A stretch of DNA of 64,000 nt from a virus (IMGVR_UViG_3300019124_000001:64001-128000); one strand, 5' to 3'; counted from the first letter of the stretch, positions 39,781 through 50,858 are shown. Made by a program: numbers and translations. The notes: generated from the letters alone by a model not told the origin.

Positions 39781-40080
39781 ATGTACAAAATTGGTGATGC
39801 AGTAATGATTTCGAGGAACTTGGCAGAACGTTATAATATCAATCATGAACATAGGAATGGAATTGTAACAAGTGTAGAGGGTTATATGCTAAAGATTTCA
39901 AATCCATTATGGAAAAATCAAGAAGGTTGTTTGATTGGTAGTTTCAATGAATCAGATTTCGATGTCATTAACTCCCATAGTGTTATTATAGGCAAAGATA
40001 TACTTGATCATCTTCTTAATTTGCCTATTGTTGAAATTTCCGCTAAATTATCGAACGGAAAGCAGATTGAAATTCGATAA
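39781..40080 (+). CDS. Hypothetical protein between two palindromic sites
   Basis: MYKIGDAV SH3/KOW-like start; stop codon inside the ATAAAA arm. Confidence 0.55.
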   Translation: MYKIGDAVMISRNLAERYNINHEHRNGIVTSVEGYMLKISNPLWKNQEGCLIGSFNESDFDVINSHSVIIGKDILDHLLNLPIVEISAKLSNGKQIEIR

Positions 40081-40309
40081 AACTACGATTTCATCTAAGG
40101 AGGAACAACCATTGGAGATGTTGACAGATGTAATGGGAATTGCAAATACTGCACTTGGTTTCTACGTGTTTGGCAAGCTGTCTGAGCGTAAAAGAACTAA
40201 GCATGTTAAATTGTACCCCTTGTTGGTGGTCTGTGTGATTGGTACTATTGTTCTTGATTTTCTGCATTTCGTTATTAAAGTAGATTTCTAAACCAAGGAG
40301 CATACAATA

Positions 40310-41371
40310 ATGTCAAATACCGCCAATTCCGTGCTGTTCGAAGATTATAATGCAAAACTCGAAAAGTTTGAAGTGTACAACTCGGATGGAATCTCTGTAC
40401 TTGGTTTCTATCCAATTAAAACGATTCTTGCAGAAGACCTTGGCAATGCGCTCCGCAAATACGTTATCGAGTCTGGTTTCAAGTATTGGAAATCGTATCG
40501 CAATGAGTTTGGGAAAAACATTCTCGTAGGGCTTCGAAAGGGCAATAGACGCCATCATAAGAACAATCAGGTGTTCGTTTACATATCGAAGGTAGACGAT
40601 GCATTTGACTTTATTGTTGAAGACGCTCGTACACGTACACTGATGGCAGAAATTAGAGCAAGCAACATTCAAAGTGCGGCAATAGAATTCGCAAAAATTG
40701 CCAAAAAGGATGTAGTAAAATTCCATTCCAAGAACACCTTGGCAACAATCTACGAGATTGGAGGAGAGCTTTACCTATTCCGCATTAAACCATTCATGAA
40801 CGATGAAGGACAGAATAAACCGCAGAATCAAGCACCGATGGAGGAAATTTATTGGGGCGAAAGCCAAATTGATGGATCATGTTCAGAAATCATTGAAGGG
40901 ATTATTGATGCGGCTGACAAGGCTGGTATTCTAGAAGACATTCCCGTTGAAGATGGAATGTTCAAACTTCATGCGACAGTAAATACCTCTATCTACCAAG
41001 AACTACAAGACGTTGTTCTTAAAGTTCAGTCAGGACAAAAGATTCGTTCTTCTCGAACCGAACGCGAACTTCTGCTTGGAGAAGATGGTGACTTCAGAGA
41101 GGTATTGCATTTCTCAAAATCGCAAATTCGACCGTACAATCTTTATACTAATCGAGTTAATTTCTCTGCATCGTTGTTTGAAGAAAAATGGACAATCGTT
41201 TCTCAACCATGCAGTTTCGTAGATGCTATGCGTCATATGCAAGCTGGATGCACGATCTACTGTATCAATGATGGTTTGATGTATAAAGCCGAAACGTCAA
41301 TCGGAATGTCTCTTAACGCATTTGCTTCCGCTAAGTGGTTCTATGAACCAGTAGAACTTCCGTTCGAATAA
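40310..41371 (+). CDS. Hypothetical protein
   Basis: 353-aa ORF, RBS AAGGAG. Confidence 0.65.
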   Translation: MSNTANSVLFEDYNAKLEKFEVYNSDGISVLGFYPIKTILAEDLGNALRKYVIESGFKYWKSYRNEFGKNILVGLRKGNRRHHKNNQVFVYISKVDDAFDFIVEDARTRTLMAEIRASNIQSAAIEFAKIAKKDVVKFHSKNTLATIYEIGGELYLFRIKPFMNDEGQNKPQNQAPMEEIYWGESQIDGSCSEIIEGIIDAADKAGILEDIPVEDGMFKLHATVNTSIYQELQDVVLKVQSGQKIRSSRTERELLLGEDGDFREVLHFSKSQIRPYNLYTNRVNFSASLFEEKWTIVSQPCSFVDAMRHMQAGCTIYCINDGLMYKAETSIGMSLNAFASAKWFYEPVELPFE

Positions 41372-41793
41372 GATGGATCAAGAAAGGAAATTATCATGAA
41401 CAACCAAGATGATCCAATCTTTGACAAATTAAGTCGTATTCAGAAATATATTGTCGAGCGATTCAATGGTGTTCATGTAGACATATATTATTCTGAAGGT
41501 CATCAAGGCGCATTGGTGGTTCAAGCAGGAAAGCCACTTATTTTGCAGAACGTAATTCATGTAGTCAAAGTGCGAATTTAGGGAGGATACCAAGATGAAA
41601 ATTCAAGTTGTTGGCTTGCGCTTTAATAGTGCTGATGAATGCGCTACTGCTCTTTTTGAGGCGCATTTGAAAATTGGATTTATTAAGGGCGAAATTGAAC
41701 TGCCTTCCGAATTAAGGTATTGCGGAAATCAAACTGTGATATCCGAATATATTAAACGTGCCCTTAAATCAGAATTAATTTACTGAAAGGTAG

Positions 41794-43491
41794 TTGAAAA
41801 TTATGGCTTGGAAGAAACGTTCTCCGCAAATCGCATATTTAGAATCTGACCATGTTATCACAAAACTTGCCAAGATTAGAGGTATCAAGTCTACAGAGCT
41901 TGACAGATACATGAACCCAACATCGAAAGAACTTCATTCGCCATTCCTAATGAAGAATATTGAAATTGCTTCCGAAAGAATTGTAGAGGCTATTCGCAAA
42001 AATCAACGTATCGCAATCAGCAATGATTGTGATACGGATGGTGTTTGCGGAATGGCTCAGTTTGTCAGATACCTTCGTGATTGTGAACATAAAAATTATT
42101 ACGTAACACATAATGAACGTTCACGAGGTCACGGTGTGCATAATCAGCTTGACAAAATCGAAAATGGCACCGAACTTTTGGTCATTATTGACTCATCATC
42201 GACAGAAGATTCTAAGGATGCTATTTTTTCGATAATTTCTCGTGGTATTGACGTAATCATTCTTGATCACCATGATGTTGAAGTAGATTATCACGATTTG
42301 ATTCCAAGAGTAATCATGGTTAACCCACAACAAATTGATTGCTTTTATCCAAACAAGCATATCTCCGGTTCTACCGTTGTCTACAAAACATTACAAATGG
42401 TAGACGACATTATTGGTATGGGAACTGTTGACGATTACCTTGATCTTGTTGCGGTTGGCATGTATGCAGACGTTATGCGTGTAGATGTGCTTGAAAACCG
42501 ATATTTGATCATGCAGGGAATGAAAAATATTCGAAATATTGGCTTAATGTCTATTCTGAAAGTGAATGACAAATTAAAGGAACCAGTCACGTCTCAAACC
42601 ATTGGATTCACTTTGGCTCCTTCTATCAACGGAACCATGCGATTAGATAAGATCGAGTACGTAATAAAACTCCTCTTGGAAGATGACGCATTAGTAGCGT
42701 ACAATATTGCCAAAGACATTAAAAAATTCAACGATCAACGAAAGGCAGAGCAAAAGGAGATTGTCGAACGTTATCTGTCTCATTATGTTAACCCTGATAA
42801 CAAGGTTGTCGTAGTCATTGACAAAGATGCTTCCAAAGGTTATAACGGCTTGGTGGCGACAACTTTGGCTGAAAAGTTTAAGCGTCCTGCTATCGTTATG
42901 CATGTCAATCAAGATGGCGAATGCGCTGGTTCTTTCCGTGCTTACGGAGACTTTAAAATGAAAAAGTTTCTCGTAAGTAATTTTAAATTTGGGAAATATG
43001 CCAACACGATCAAATACGCTGTTGGTCACGAACAAGCTGGCGGTATTGGTGTACATGTATCCAATCTTAACGCACTCGTTAGTGGCATGAATGCTGAACT
43101 TGCGAATGTTCATTTTGACACTGATTTAGAGTATGATCTTGAAATTGCGGCTGACGATCTTACTACGTCATTCATCCAACAAGTAGAAAAGTTTAACTTC
43201 TTGACAGGCAAGGGGTTTCCTACAGCCACATTCAAAGTGACAGGTTGTACCGTTTTGAAGCGTGACGTACTAGGCAAAGAACGGAAGGACACCGTAAAGA
43301 TCACGTGCGATAACAATCTTGCTTTAATGAAGTTTCGAACTGACTCAGATTGGGGATTAGACATCATTGATGAAGATGCTTGGGTTAATACTGTAGATGT
43401 AATCGGGCAGTTAAATGTTAATGTTTTTGTAACCCGATCTGGTCGGCGTGTAACCAATCAGGTTTTTGTTGAGGACTACAAAAAAGTTTGA
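41794..43491 (+). CDS. recJ: RecJ-like ssDNA exonuclease (DHH family)
   Basis: DCDTDG, IID, LDHH, GSFR, GHEQAGG. Confidence 0.85.
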   Translation: MKIMAWKKRSPQIAYLESDHVITKLAKIRGIKSTELDRYMNPTSKELHSPFLMKNIEIASERIVEAIRKNQRIAISNDCDTDGVCGMAQFVRYLRDCEHKNYYVTHNERSRGHGVHNQLDKIENGTELLVIIDSSSTEDSKDAIFSIISRGIDVIILDHHDVEVDYHDLIPRVIMVNPQQIDCFYPNKHISGSTVVYKTLQMVDDIIGMGTVDDYLDLVAVGMYADVMRVDVLENRYLIMQGMKNIRNIGLMSILKVNDKLKEPVTSQTIGFTLAPSINGTMRLDKIEYVIKLLLEDDALVAYNIAKDIKKFNDQRKAEQKEIVERYLSHYVNPDNKVVVVIDKDASKGYNGLVATTLAEKFKRPAIVMHVNQDGECAGSFRAYGDFKMKKFLVSNFKFGKYANTIKYAVGHEQAGGIGVHVSNLNALVSGMNAELANVHFDTDLEYDLEIAADDLTTSFIQQVEKFNFLTGKGFPTATFKVTGCTVLKRDVLGKERKDTVKITCDNNLALMKFRTDSDWGLDIIDEDAWVNTVDVIGQLNVNVFVTRSGRRVTNQVFVEDYKKV

Positions 43492-43575
43492 TAGAGTAGT
43501 TGACAAACAACAACTATGTATGGTACTATAAAAATGTGAGTTACGACAAATACGAACGAGAGGGGAACATTTAAG

Positions 43576-43851
43576 ATGGACTCGAAATTTTTGTTAAAAG
43601 GCGAAGAAACAACCATCACCCTGCAAGACGAAGATGGCAAAGATTTGGTATGTACGATGATTTGCACCTTTGAAAATGAAGGCAATATCTATGCTGTTCT
43701 AGTTGTTAACGATGACAACTCTGACGATGGATATATGTTGCGTATTGACAATGACGGAGAACACGATTACCTTGTTGAAATTGAAGACGAAGAAGAGTGG
43801 CAACGTGCGGTGGACGCATACAGCGTCATTGCAACGCTCGACGAAGCATAA
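43576..43851 (+). CDS. DUF1292 (YrzB-like) acidic protein
   Basis: ITLQDEDG...FENEGNIYAVL...LVEIEDEEEW. Confidence 0.7.
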   Translation: MDSKFLLKGEETTITLQDEDGKDLVCTMICTFENEGNIYAVLVVNDDNSDDGYMLRIDNDGEHDYLVEIEDEEEWQRAVDAYSVIATLDEA

Positions 43852-43865
43852 AGGAGGAAACAAAA

Positions 43866-44309
43866 ATGTATTTTGCAAAAATCGCAATCCTTTCCCTATT
43901 CTGCGGAGGAGTTGCTTGGTACATGATTGCACGTTGGTTTAAACTGAAGCACAAGAAGAAAGTATCCGAAATTCATGCGAACCAATTAAAAGAACTTGAC
44001 GAAGAAGTTCGGGACACGGTGCCTCAATGGGATGTTTCAACCAAGAAACAAGATCAGCCGAAGTCCACAGAAGTCTCTATTGTAGCTCTAAACACGAACA
44101 TTCAACCAGTCCAACAATATGCTCGAAAACAAGCAAATCCCAAGGTAAAAACTTCTGTGTCGATTAACGACAACACATACTATGGCGAATCGCCATCGAA
44201 GCCTTCAAGTTACCGCAGTGGTTCGTCGTCGTGGTCTTCTGATTCTTCATCGTCTTCCGATTCGTGGTCTTCGTCTTCTGATTCTTCATCGTCGAGTTCG
44301 TGCGACTAA
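43866..44309 (+). CDS. Membrane-anchored protein with a Ser-rich tail
   Basis: RBS AAGGAGG; N-terminal TM; SSSWSSDSSSSSDSWSSSSDSSSSSSCD. Confidence 0.6.
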   Translation: MYFAKIAILSLFCGGVAWYMIARWFKLKHKKKVSEIHANQLKELDEEVRDTVPQWDVSTKKQDQPKSTEVSIVALNTNIQPVQQYARKQANPKVKTSVSINDNTYYGESPSKPSSYRSGSSSWSSDSSSSSDSWSSSSDSSSSSSCD

Positions 44310-44367
44310 CAACAACTATGCTAGAAGAGGGCTTTTGCCCTCTTCTTTCTATTGAGGAGGAAACATT

Positions 44368-45027
44368 TTGAACGAAATTACCGAACTTCAAGAGCTTGAT
44401 CTTCCTGCTGAAATCTATTTCATGCGTGGCTTTGCTTTGGGCAGTGGGTACAATGAACTTTATAGGTCTATTAGTTGTGCGCTCATCGAACACCGCAAAC
44501 AAGCTCGTAATGGTGGTCAACCGTATGCAACACACCCGATTCGATGTGCCCACATGTTGGTAACTCACGGTGTTCGCGATGAGCGTATCCTGTCTACAGT
44601 TGTTCTGCATGATGTACCTGAAGATTGTGGCGCAAGCAAAGAAGACCTGATTCATATGTATGGAATCAGTGAAGATGTTGCTTACTTAGCAACAGTGCTC
44701 GACAAAAGACGGTACAAATCCACTGAGGATTACTACTTGTCTCTTCGACAGTACATTGAAACTATTCTTACAAAAATTGTAGACCGTTGTCATAATCTTG
44801 CTACAATGGTTAACGTTTTCTCTGAAAAAAGGATGAAGAAATATATCGAGGAGACAGAAGAGTATGTGATTCCCCTCTGTCAATATGCAGTTCTCCATCA
44901 TCCCGAATATTCGAACGTAGTATTTGCATTAAAGCGTCATATCGTTGATATGCTCACCATTCTAAAAGCCCTTCTTCCAAAGGATCATTTGGACGAAGAA
45001 ATGATAGGAGCGACATGTTCATTATGA
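44368..45027 (+). CDS. HD-domain (p)ppGpp hydrolase-like protein (SpoT/Mesh1 type)
   Basis: HRKQARNGGQPYATHP, LHDVPED, KIVDRCHNL. Confidence 0.8.
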   Translation: MNEITELQELDLPAEIYFMRGFALGSGYNELYRSISCALIEHRKQARNGGQPYATHPIRCAHMLVTHGVRDERILSTVVLHDVPEDCGASKEDLIHMYGISEDVAYLATVLDKRRYKSTEDYYLSLRQYIETILTKIVDRCHNLATMVNVFSEKRMKKYIEETEEYVIPLCQYAVLHHPEYSNVVFALKRHIVDMLTILKALLPKDHLDEEMIGATCSL

Positions 45028-45431
45028 TTTGGGTTTTATATCGAAACGGCGAACTGTTCGGAAATGGCTCAAACATTCGTGCCTATGCTTCCGAAAAGAG
45101 GGCAATGGCAAACGCATTGGCTATTGTTCGTAATGGAATTGGGACATATAAGATTGAAGAATTTAAGGCTGTACCCTATATGCCTAAAGAGGTGAAATAG
45201 CATATGCCGCTAATCCTGCTGATTGTTTCAATTGGTTTGGCATTTGTGCCAATGTGGTTCTTTATTTTGGTTGCGTGTATAGCAACAGTCTACGTTGTTA
45301 TTATTGCATCTCAACTGAACTGCATATTGGAAGCATTCATTGCAATGGTGTTCGTATGGATTATCCTTTATGGATTAAGATACCTAATTCATCACTTGCA
45401 ATGGGTGAACTAGAAGGAGCGAAAAACAAAC

Positions 45432-46175
45432 ATGGAACGAAAACCTGTAGCAAAAATGCTTGTTGGTTCACACAACTACAACTTGCATAATGAGAATTCT
45501 GACCGTGATTATAAGCTATTCGTCCTACCAACGTATGACGACTTATATCATGGAACTACCGATCACTTTAAAACCAAGTCTTCGATTACGAATACAGAGG
45601 ATGTAGAAGTCCACGATGTTCGCAGATTGCCGCATTTGCTGGACAAGGCAAATGTGAACTTCATCGAAACTCTTTTCTCTGTATCTCGTACAACGTGGGA
45701 CGAAACCACCTACTACACCGATCAATTGTTCGCAATGCGCGAAGAACTTGCGCGTATGAATCTGCCGTATTTGTACAATGCTTCTTTCGGCATGTTTATC
45801 GAACAGAAGAAAAAGTGGGAGAAAGGCGACTACACCGACCATAAGAAAGCGTATCAAGCCCTTCGAATTCTTGATTTTCTTGTTCGATACGAGCGCAACA
45901 AGTTTGAATCTTTTGGTCAGGCCATCTATTACGAAGCAAGCGACCCAATGCGTAGCTATCTCTTGAAAGCAAAAGCAGGGGAAGTTTCAATGGGCGATAT
46001 GAACGTATCTTTGGCTAATTACGAGAACCACGTCAAACTAATTCGTACATCCTACATGTCTCACGAGCGGAATGAAGAAACAAAAAAGCGTCTTGATAAA
46101 CTTGTCTACGAAATGGTTGCAATCGAGATCGAGAACGAGTTTATGCGAAAAAAAGACGAAAGCATTTTGTTCTAA
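45432..46175 (+). CDS. Pol-beta-superfamily nucleotidyltransferase
   Basis: VGSHNYNLHNENSDRDY (GS...DxD), NVNFIETLF. Confidence 0.7.
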   Translation: MERKPVAKMLVGSHNYNLHNENSDRDYKLFVLPTYDDLYHGTTDHFKTKSSITNTEDVEVHDVRRLPHLLDKANVNFIETLFSVSRTTWDETTYYTDQLFAMREELARMNLPYLYNASFGMFIEQKKKWEKGDYTDHKKAYQALRILDFLVRYERNKFESFGQAIYYEASDPMRSYLLKAKAGEVSMGDMNVSLANYENHVKLIRTSYMSHERNEETKKRLDKLVYEMVAIEIENEFMRKKDESILF

Positions 46176-46360
46176 TACCACGCGTAAGACCTCTGTTTGG
46201 ATGACATACATTTTGAAATAACTCTGTAAATTGTTGTAGCTCTCGTCAAAGATCGTTGTTGCGCAAGGTTGCCGCCAGATGGTATCATAGTAGAGTATCA
46301 ATTGTACAGAAGGTCTTCGTGTCTCTTTACAAACAACAACTATGTATGGTGGTGGACATC

Positions 46361-46735
46361 TTGATAGTGGCATATGATTCGAGGACGGGCAACGTAAAGA
46401 GGTTCGTTTCTAAGCTCGATATGGATTCTATTCAAATAACAGAAGATTCTGTCATTAATGAGCCGTTTGTGTTGATCACGTTTACAACAGGCTTCGGTCA
46501 AGTCCCACCTAAAACTGCCAAGTTTTTAGAAAGAAACCATCGTAACCTTATTGCTGTTTCTGCGAGTGGGAACAAAAACTGGGGAGACTCTTTCGCAAAG
46601 AGTGCAGATATTATTTCAGAATCGTTTGGCGTTCCAGTTATCCTGAAGTTTGAATTGTCTGGAACGCCAAACGATGTAGTTTTCTTCAAAGAGAGGGTGC
46701 AAGAAATTGGCAAGCAGACACATCGAACTAAATAA
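46361..46735 (+). CDS. nrdI: Class Ib RNR flavodoxin NrdI
   Basis: YDSRTGNVKRF, SGNKNWG, KFELSGT. Confidence 0.92.
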   Translation: MIVAYDSRTGNVKRFVSKLDMDSIQITEDSVINEPFVLITFTTGFGQVPPKTAKFLERNHRNLIAVSASGNKNWGDSFAKSADIISESFGVPVILKFELSGTPNDVVFFKERVQEIGKQTHRTK

Positions 46736-48791
46736 TGAAATCATGGTGAAGCTAAATGGCTTCTATCAAATCGAGAAAGACAAAGAAGCTGTAAGAGAAT
46801 TCGAAAAAGAAGTTAAAGAAAAGATGGTTACGTTTAAGTCATTGCATGACAAACTTCGCTATCTAATTGAAAACGACTTCTATTATGATGTCCTAGCTGA
46901 CTACAGCATAAAAGACATTCAGGAAGTATGGGCGATTCCTTACTCTTACAATTTCAAGTTTCAATCTTATATGGCGATTTCAAAATTCTATAAAGATTAC
47001 GCCATGAAGACGAATGACAAACAGAAATATCTTGAAACTTACGAAGACCGAATTGCAATAGTTGCTCTTTACTTGGCTCGTGGCGAAGTATGGAGGGCGA
47101 AATTCTATGCGACACAAATGATCAAACAGAATTATCAGCCAGCAACACCAACGTTTCTAAACGCAGGAAAAGCAAGACGGGGAGAGATGGTTTCGTGTTT
47201 CTTGTTGGAAGTTGACGATTCATTGAACGCGATTACGTTCCATGAAGGAGTTGCACAGCAACTTTCAAAAATTGGCGGCGGTGTGGCGATCAATTTGTCT
47301 CTACTACGAGGAGAACGCGACCCAATCAAAGGAATCAAAAACGTTGCAAAAGGTGTCTTGCCGATTGCGAAGAAGCTCGAAATGGCATTCGCATACGCTG
47401 ATCAAATGGGACAGCGCAAAGGTTCTGGTGCGGCTTATCTAAATATCTTCCACATCGACTCTCCTGCATTCTTGGATACAAAGAAAATCAATGCAGATGA
47501 GCGTATTCGCCTAAAAACTCTATCAATCGGTCTTATTATTCCGTCGAAGTTCATGGAGCTTGCAGAGCGTGGAGAAGATTTCTATACGTTCTCGCCGTAT
47601 GATGTTTTCAAAAAATACGGCATCCATTTGGATAATATGGACATGGACATTTGGTATGATCGTCTAGTAGAAGACGAAGATATTCGCAAGGAACAACTGA
47701 GTGCTCGTGACTTCATGACAAAAATTGCTCAAACGCAAATGGAATCTGGATATCCGTATATTATGTTCAAAGATAATGCAAACAAGTGGCATTCTTTGAA
47801 AGATATTGGCATGGTCAAAATGTCCAATTTGTGTACTGAAATCTTCCAATTGCAGGAGACTTCCATTATCAATGATTACGGAATTCCCGATGAAATCAAG
47901 CGCGATATCAATTGCAACCTTGGCTCCTTGAACATCGTTAACATAATGGAGAATAAAGAGATCAAGGAAGCAGTATTTGCTGGCATGGATATGTTAACGG
48001 CTGTGTCCGACATGACAAGCATTGCGAACGCTCCTTCTGTCAAGAAAGCCAATGATGAGCTACACTCCGTTGGACTTGGTTTGATGAATTTACATGGTTT
48101 CTTTGCTAAAAATCGCATTTACTACGAGAGCAAAGAGGCAATCGACTTTGTTCGTGCGTTAGGTATGACCGTAAACTATTATTCAATTTTACGTTCTATG
48201 ACAATAGCTAAGGAACGTAAACAGAAATTTAAAGATTTTGAAAAATCTGCATATGCAGATGGGCGATACTTCAGGATGTATTTTGTCGAAGACTTCTCTC
48301 CAAAGACAGACAAGATCAAAAAGTTGTTCGAAGGCATTTATATTCCAACTATCGAAGATTGGAAACGACTTGCCAATGAAGTAGCAGTACATGGATTGTA
48401 TCATGCCTATCGACTTGCCGTGGCACCTACGCAGTCGATTTCGTATATTCAGAATGCGACTTCCTCTGTTATGCCAGTAGTTGAAATCATTGAAGAACGC
48501 AAATACGGTAACGCAACTACGTTTTACCCGATGCCGTTCCTGTCTCCTGAAACTGTATTCTTCTACAAATCAGCATACGATGTCAACATGTTCAAGCTGA
48601 TTGATCTGATTGCTGAACTACAGCGCCACATCGACCAAGGAATCTCGACGATCTTGTACGTGAATAGCAACACCAGCACGTATGACTTGGCTCGTTACTA
48701 CATCTATGCACATAAGCGCGGATTAAAGTCGCTATACTATACGCGTACACGCAATTTATCAGTAGAAGAATGTACATCTTGTGCGGTTTAA
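46707..48791 (+). CDS. nrdE: Class Ib ribonucleotide reductase alpha subunit
   Basis: QPATPTFLNAG, VSCFLL, SNLCTEI, APTQSISY, CTSCAV. Confidence 0.95.
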   Translation: MASRHIELNNEIMVKLNGFYQIEKDKEAVREFEKEVKEKMVTFKSLHDKLRYLIENDFYYDVLADYSIKDIQEVWAIPYSYNFKFQSYMAISKFYKDYAMKTNDKQKYLETYEDRIAIVALYLARGEVWRAKFYATQMIKQNYQPATPTFLNAGKARRGEMVSCFLLEVDDSLNAITFHEGVAQQLSKIGGGVAINLSLLRGERDPIKGIKNVAKGVLPIAKKLEMAFAYADQMGQRKGSGAAYLNIFHIDSPAFLDTKKINADERIRLKTLSIGLIIPSKFMELAERGEDFYTFSPYDVFKKYGIHLDNMDMDIWYDRLVEDEDIRKEQLSARDFMTKIAQTQMESGYPYIMFKDNANKWHSLKDIGMVKMSNLCTEIFQLQETSIINDYGIPDEIKRDINCNLGSLNIVNIMENKEIKEAVFAGMDMLTAVSDMTSIANAPSVKKANDELHSVGLGLMNLHGFFAKNRIYYESKEAIDFVRALGMTVNYYSILRSMTIAKERKQKFKDFEKSAYADGRYFRMYFVEDFSPKTDKIKKLFEGIYIPTIEDWKRLANEVAVHGLYHAYRLAVAPTQSISYIQNATSSVMPVVEIIEERKYGNATTFYPMPFLSPETVFFYKSAYDVNMFKLIDLIAELQRHIDQGISTILYVNSNTSTYDLARYYIYAHKRGLKSLYYTRTRNLSVEECTSCAV

Positions 48792-48800
48792 GGAAGGTGA

Positions 48801-49808
48801 ATGAATATGGGAAACGTTAAAGCGGTTAATTGGAATATTCCTGACGATGATTTTACTTTAGATTTCTGGCAAATAAATATTCGCCAATTTTGGGTAGACA
48901 CAGAGATACCGATTTCTGATGATAAGCTATCTTGGAAAAATGATCTAACAGAACTAGAACGCATGACTTATATGCGCATTCTTGGTGGTCTGACAGGTCT
49001 TGATACCGAACAAGGTGGAGTGGGTATGCCTTTAATTGCGCAGTACACACAAGGTCTGCAACGCAAAGCTACTCTGATTTTCCAAGGAGCAATGGAACAG
49101 ATTCACGCGAAATCCTATTCGACGATCTTCACGACTCTGGCTACTACAGAAGAGATCAACGAAACGTTCGAGTGGGTTGAGCAGAACAAGTATATCCAAA
49201 AGAAGATTGAATTGATTTCAGAATACTACAACAATATTCGAAAGCCGCGTGACTATTACATGGCTATGGTTGCTTCAGTCTTCTTGGAGAGTTTCTTGTT
49301 TTATAGTGGATTCTTCTATCCGTTATATCTTGCTGGTCAGGGTAAAATGGTAGCTTCTGGCGAAATCATTAACCTGATTATTCGCGACGAGAGCATTCAT
49401 GGCACATACATTGGCACTCTTGCACAGGAAGAGTTTGCTAAGTTTAGCAAACGAACGCAGGAGAAATTGAAGTCAGAAGTTTACGAATTGCTGGAAGAAC
49501 TGTATGTAAACGAATGTGCGTACACGGATGAATTGTATACTCCGATTGGCTTGCAAGAGGAAGTAAAAAAGTTCATTCGATACAACGCCAACAAAGCGTT
49601 GATGAATCTTGGATACGAACCGTTTTTCCCTGAAGAAGCGGTTAACCAAATCGTTCTTAATGGTTTGCGCACAGAAACAAAAAACCACGACTTCTTTTCT
49701 ACCAAGGGTAACGGATACGTTAAAACTCTTAACGTAATTCCGCTGGACGATGAAGCATTCAAGTTCGAATGGCTTGAAGAACAACAAGCATTTCCAGTCT
49801 ATTTCTAA
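48801..49808 (+). CDS. nrdF: Class Ib ribonucleotide reductase beta subunit
   Basis: MEQIHAKSYS, LESFLFYSGF, RDESIHG, HDFFSTKGNGY. Confidence 0.95.
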   Translation: MNMGNVKAVNWNIPDDDFTLDFWQINIRQFWVDTEIPISDDKLSWKNDLTELERMTYMRILGGLTGLDTEQGGVGMPLIAQYTQGLQRKATLIFQGAMEQIHAKSYSTIFTTLATTEEINETFEWVEQNKYIQKKIELISEYYNNIRKPRDYYMAMVASVFLESFLFYSGFFYPLYLAGQGKMVASGEIINLIIRDESIHGTYIGTLAQEEFAKFSKRTQEKLKSEVYELLEELYVNECAYTDELYTPIGLQEEVKKFIRYNANKALMNLGYEPFFPEEAVNQIVLNGLRTETKNHDFFSTKGNGYVKTLNVIPLDDEAFKFEWLEEQQAFPVYF

Positions 49809-49822
49809 GGAGGATAACTAAA

Positions 49823-50077
49823 ATGAAAATCGTCAAATTTGAAAAAGACCATTGCCCTTATTGCGTAATGGCAACAAATCACCTGAAGAATGCTGGCGTA
49901 GAAGCTGTTTCGAAACGTCCCTACGACAACGAAGATGACCTTAATGAATTTATCCCCTATGGCGTGATGGCGTTTCCTTTGATCGTTTTGCTTGATGACA
50001 ACGGTCAGGCTATAAAACAGTCCGTTGGATACAACGTAAAAGAACTTGACGAAATGATCGACGCTGTGAAGTCCTAA
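49823..50077 (+). CDS. Thioredoxin/NrdH-like redoxin
   Basis: CPYC; follows nrdF. Confidence 0.75.
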   Translation: MKIVKFEKDHCPYCVMATNHLKNAGVEAVSKRPYDNEDDLNEFIPYGVMAFPLIVLLDDNGQAIKQSVGYNVKELDEMIDAVKS

Positions 50078-50126
50078 TGGACTTCCAGCGTTATTAAAAT
50101 TACCGAATAAACGGAGGATAAACAAA

Positions 50127-50858
50127 ATGGCAAAGCGTTACTATAAAGTTGGAGAGCGAGTTTGGCTTAAAGGTTTGAATGTAGAAGGAGTTATTAAAGG
50201 GTTGGACATTCCTAGCCTGACTGCCTTCGTTGATTTTGTATCTAAGACCACTGGTAAAACAAATCAGAATGTTCCGTTTAAATTTATGGACATCGACAAA
50301 CTTCGCAAGAAGAAACCAGCATCTAAAAAATCATCTTTTACTGTTGATTCTATTGGTAACACCATTACCAGTGGCACAATGAAAGCGAATAAACAGGCTC
50401 ATGGTCTTGACTATGCTTTCGAACAAGTGAAGCAGTTCCATTCGACCTTCGGACATCCAGTAGCGACAGTTCCAACTTCCATGTCTTTTGCAGAAGCAAT
50501 GAACCGCTACAAATTTATGAAGGAAGAAATTGACGAATTCTTGCTTGCATCAGAAGGAAGAGACAAACATGGAAATAAGCTAGATGAAATCCAGAAGATT
50601 GCCGCACAAGCAGATGCAATGATTGACAACATCTATTTTTCGCTTGGAGTTCTCGTCATGATCGGCGTTCTTCCGCAACCTCTAATGGATATTGTGCAAC
50701 ATGCCAATATGTCTAAATTGTGGGCTGATGGAAAGCCGCATTATGATCCTGTTACCAATAAGATTCTAAAACCTGAAGGTTGGAAAGACCCTGCTCCGTT
50801 CTTAGAGGCAGAAGTTATGCGCCAGAAAGCGAACGCCGTGTTGTCCAATCGCAAATAG
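50127..50858 (+). CDS. All-alpha NTP pyrophosphohydrolase (MazG/PRA-PH-like)
   Basis: VKQFH..FG, EEIDEF, DAMIDNIYF, VQHANMSKL. Confidence 0.75.
   Translation: MAKRYYKVGERVWLKGLNVEGVIKGLDIPSLTAFVDFVSKTTGKTNQNVPFKFMDIDKLRKKKPASKKSSFTVDSIGNTITSGTMKANKQAHGLDYAFEQVKQFHSTFGHPVATVPTSMSFAEAMNRYKFMKEEIDEFLLASEGRDKHGNKLDEIQKIAAQADAMIDNIYFSLGVLVMIGVLPQPLMDIVQHANMSKLWADGKPHYDPVTNKILKPEGWKDPAPFLEAEVMRQKANAVLSNRK

Noticed and set aside
44215-44306. TCTTCG/TCGTCT-rich near-tandem repeat
   Set aside because: Explained by the low-complexity Ser/Asp tail of the encoded protein
46707-49808. Introns or inteins in nrdE/nrdF as in SPbeta
   Set aside because: Both ORFs are continuous and of normal length
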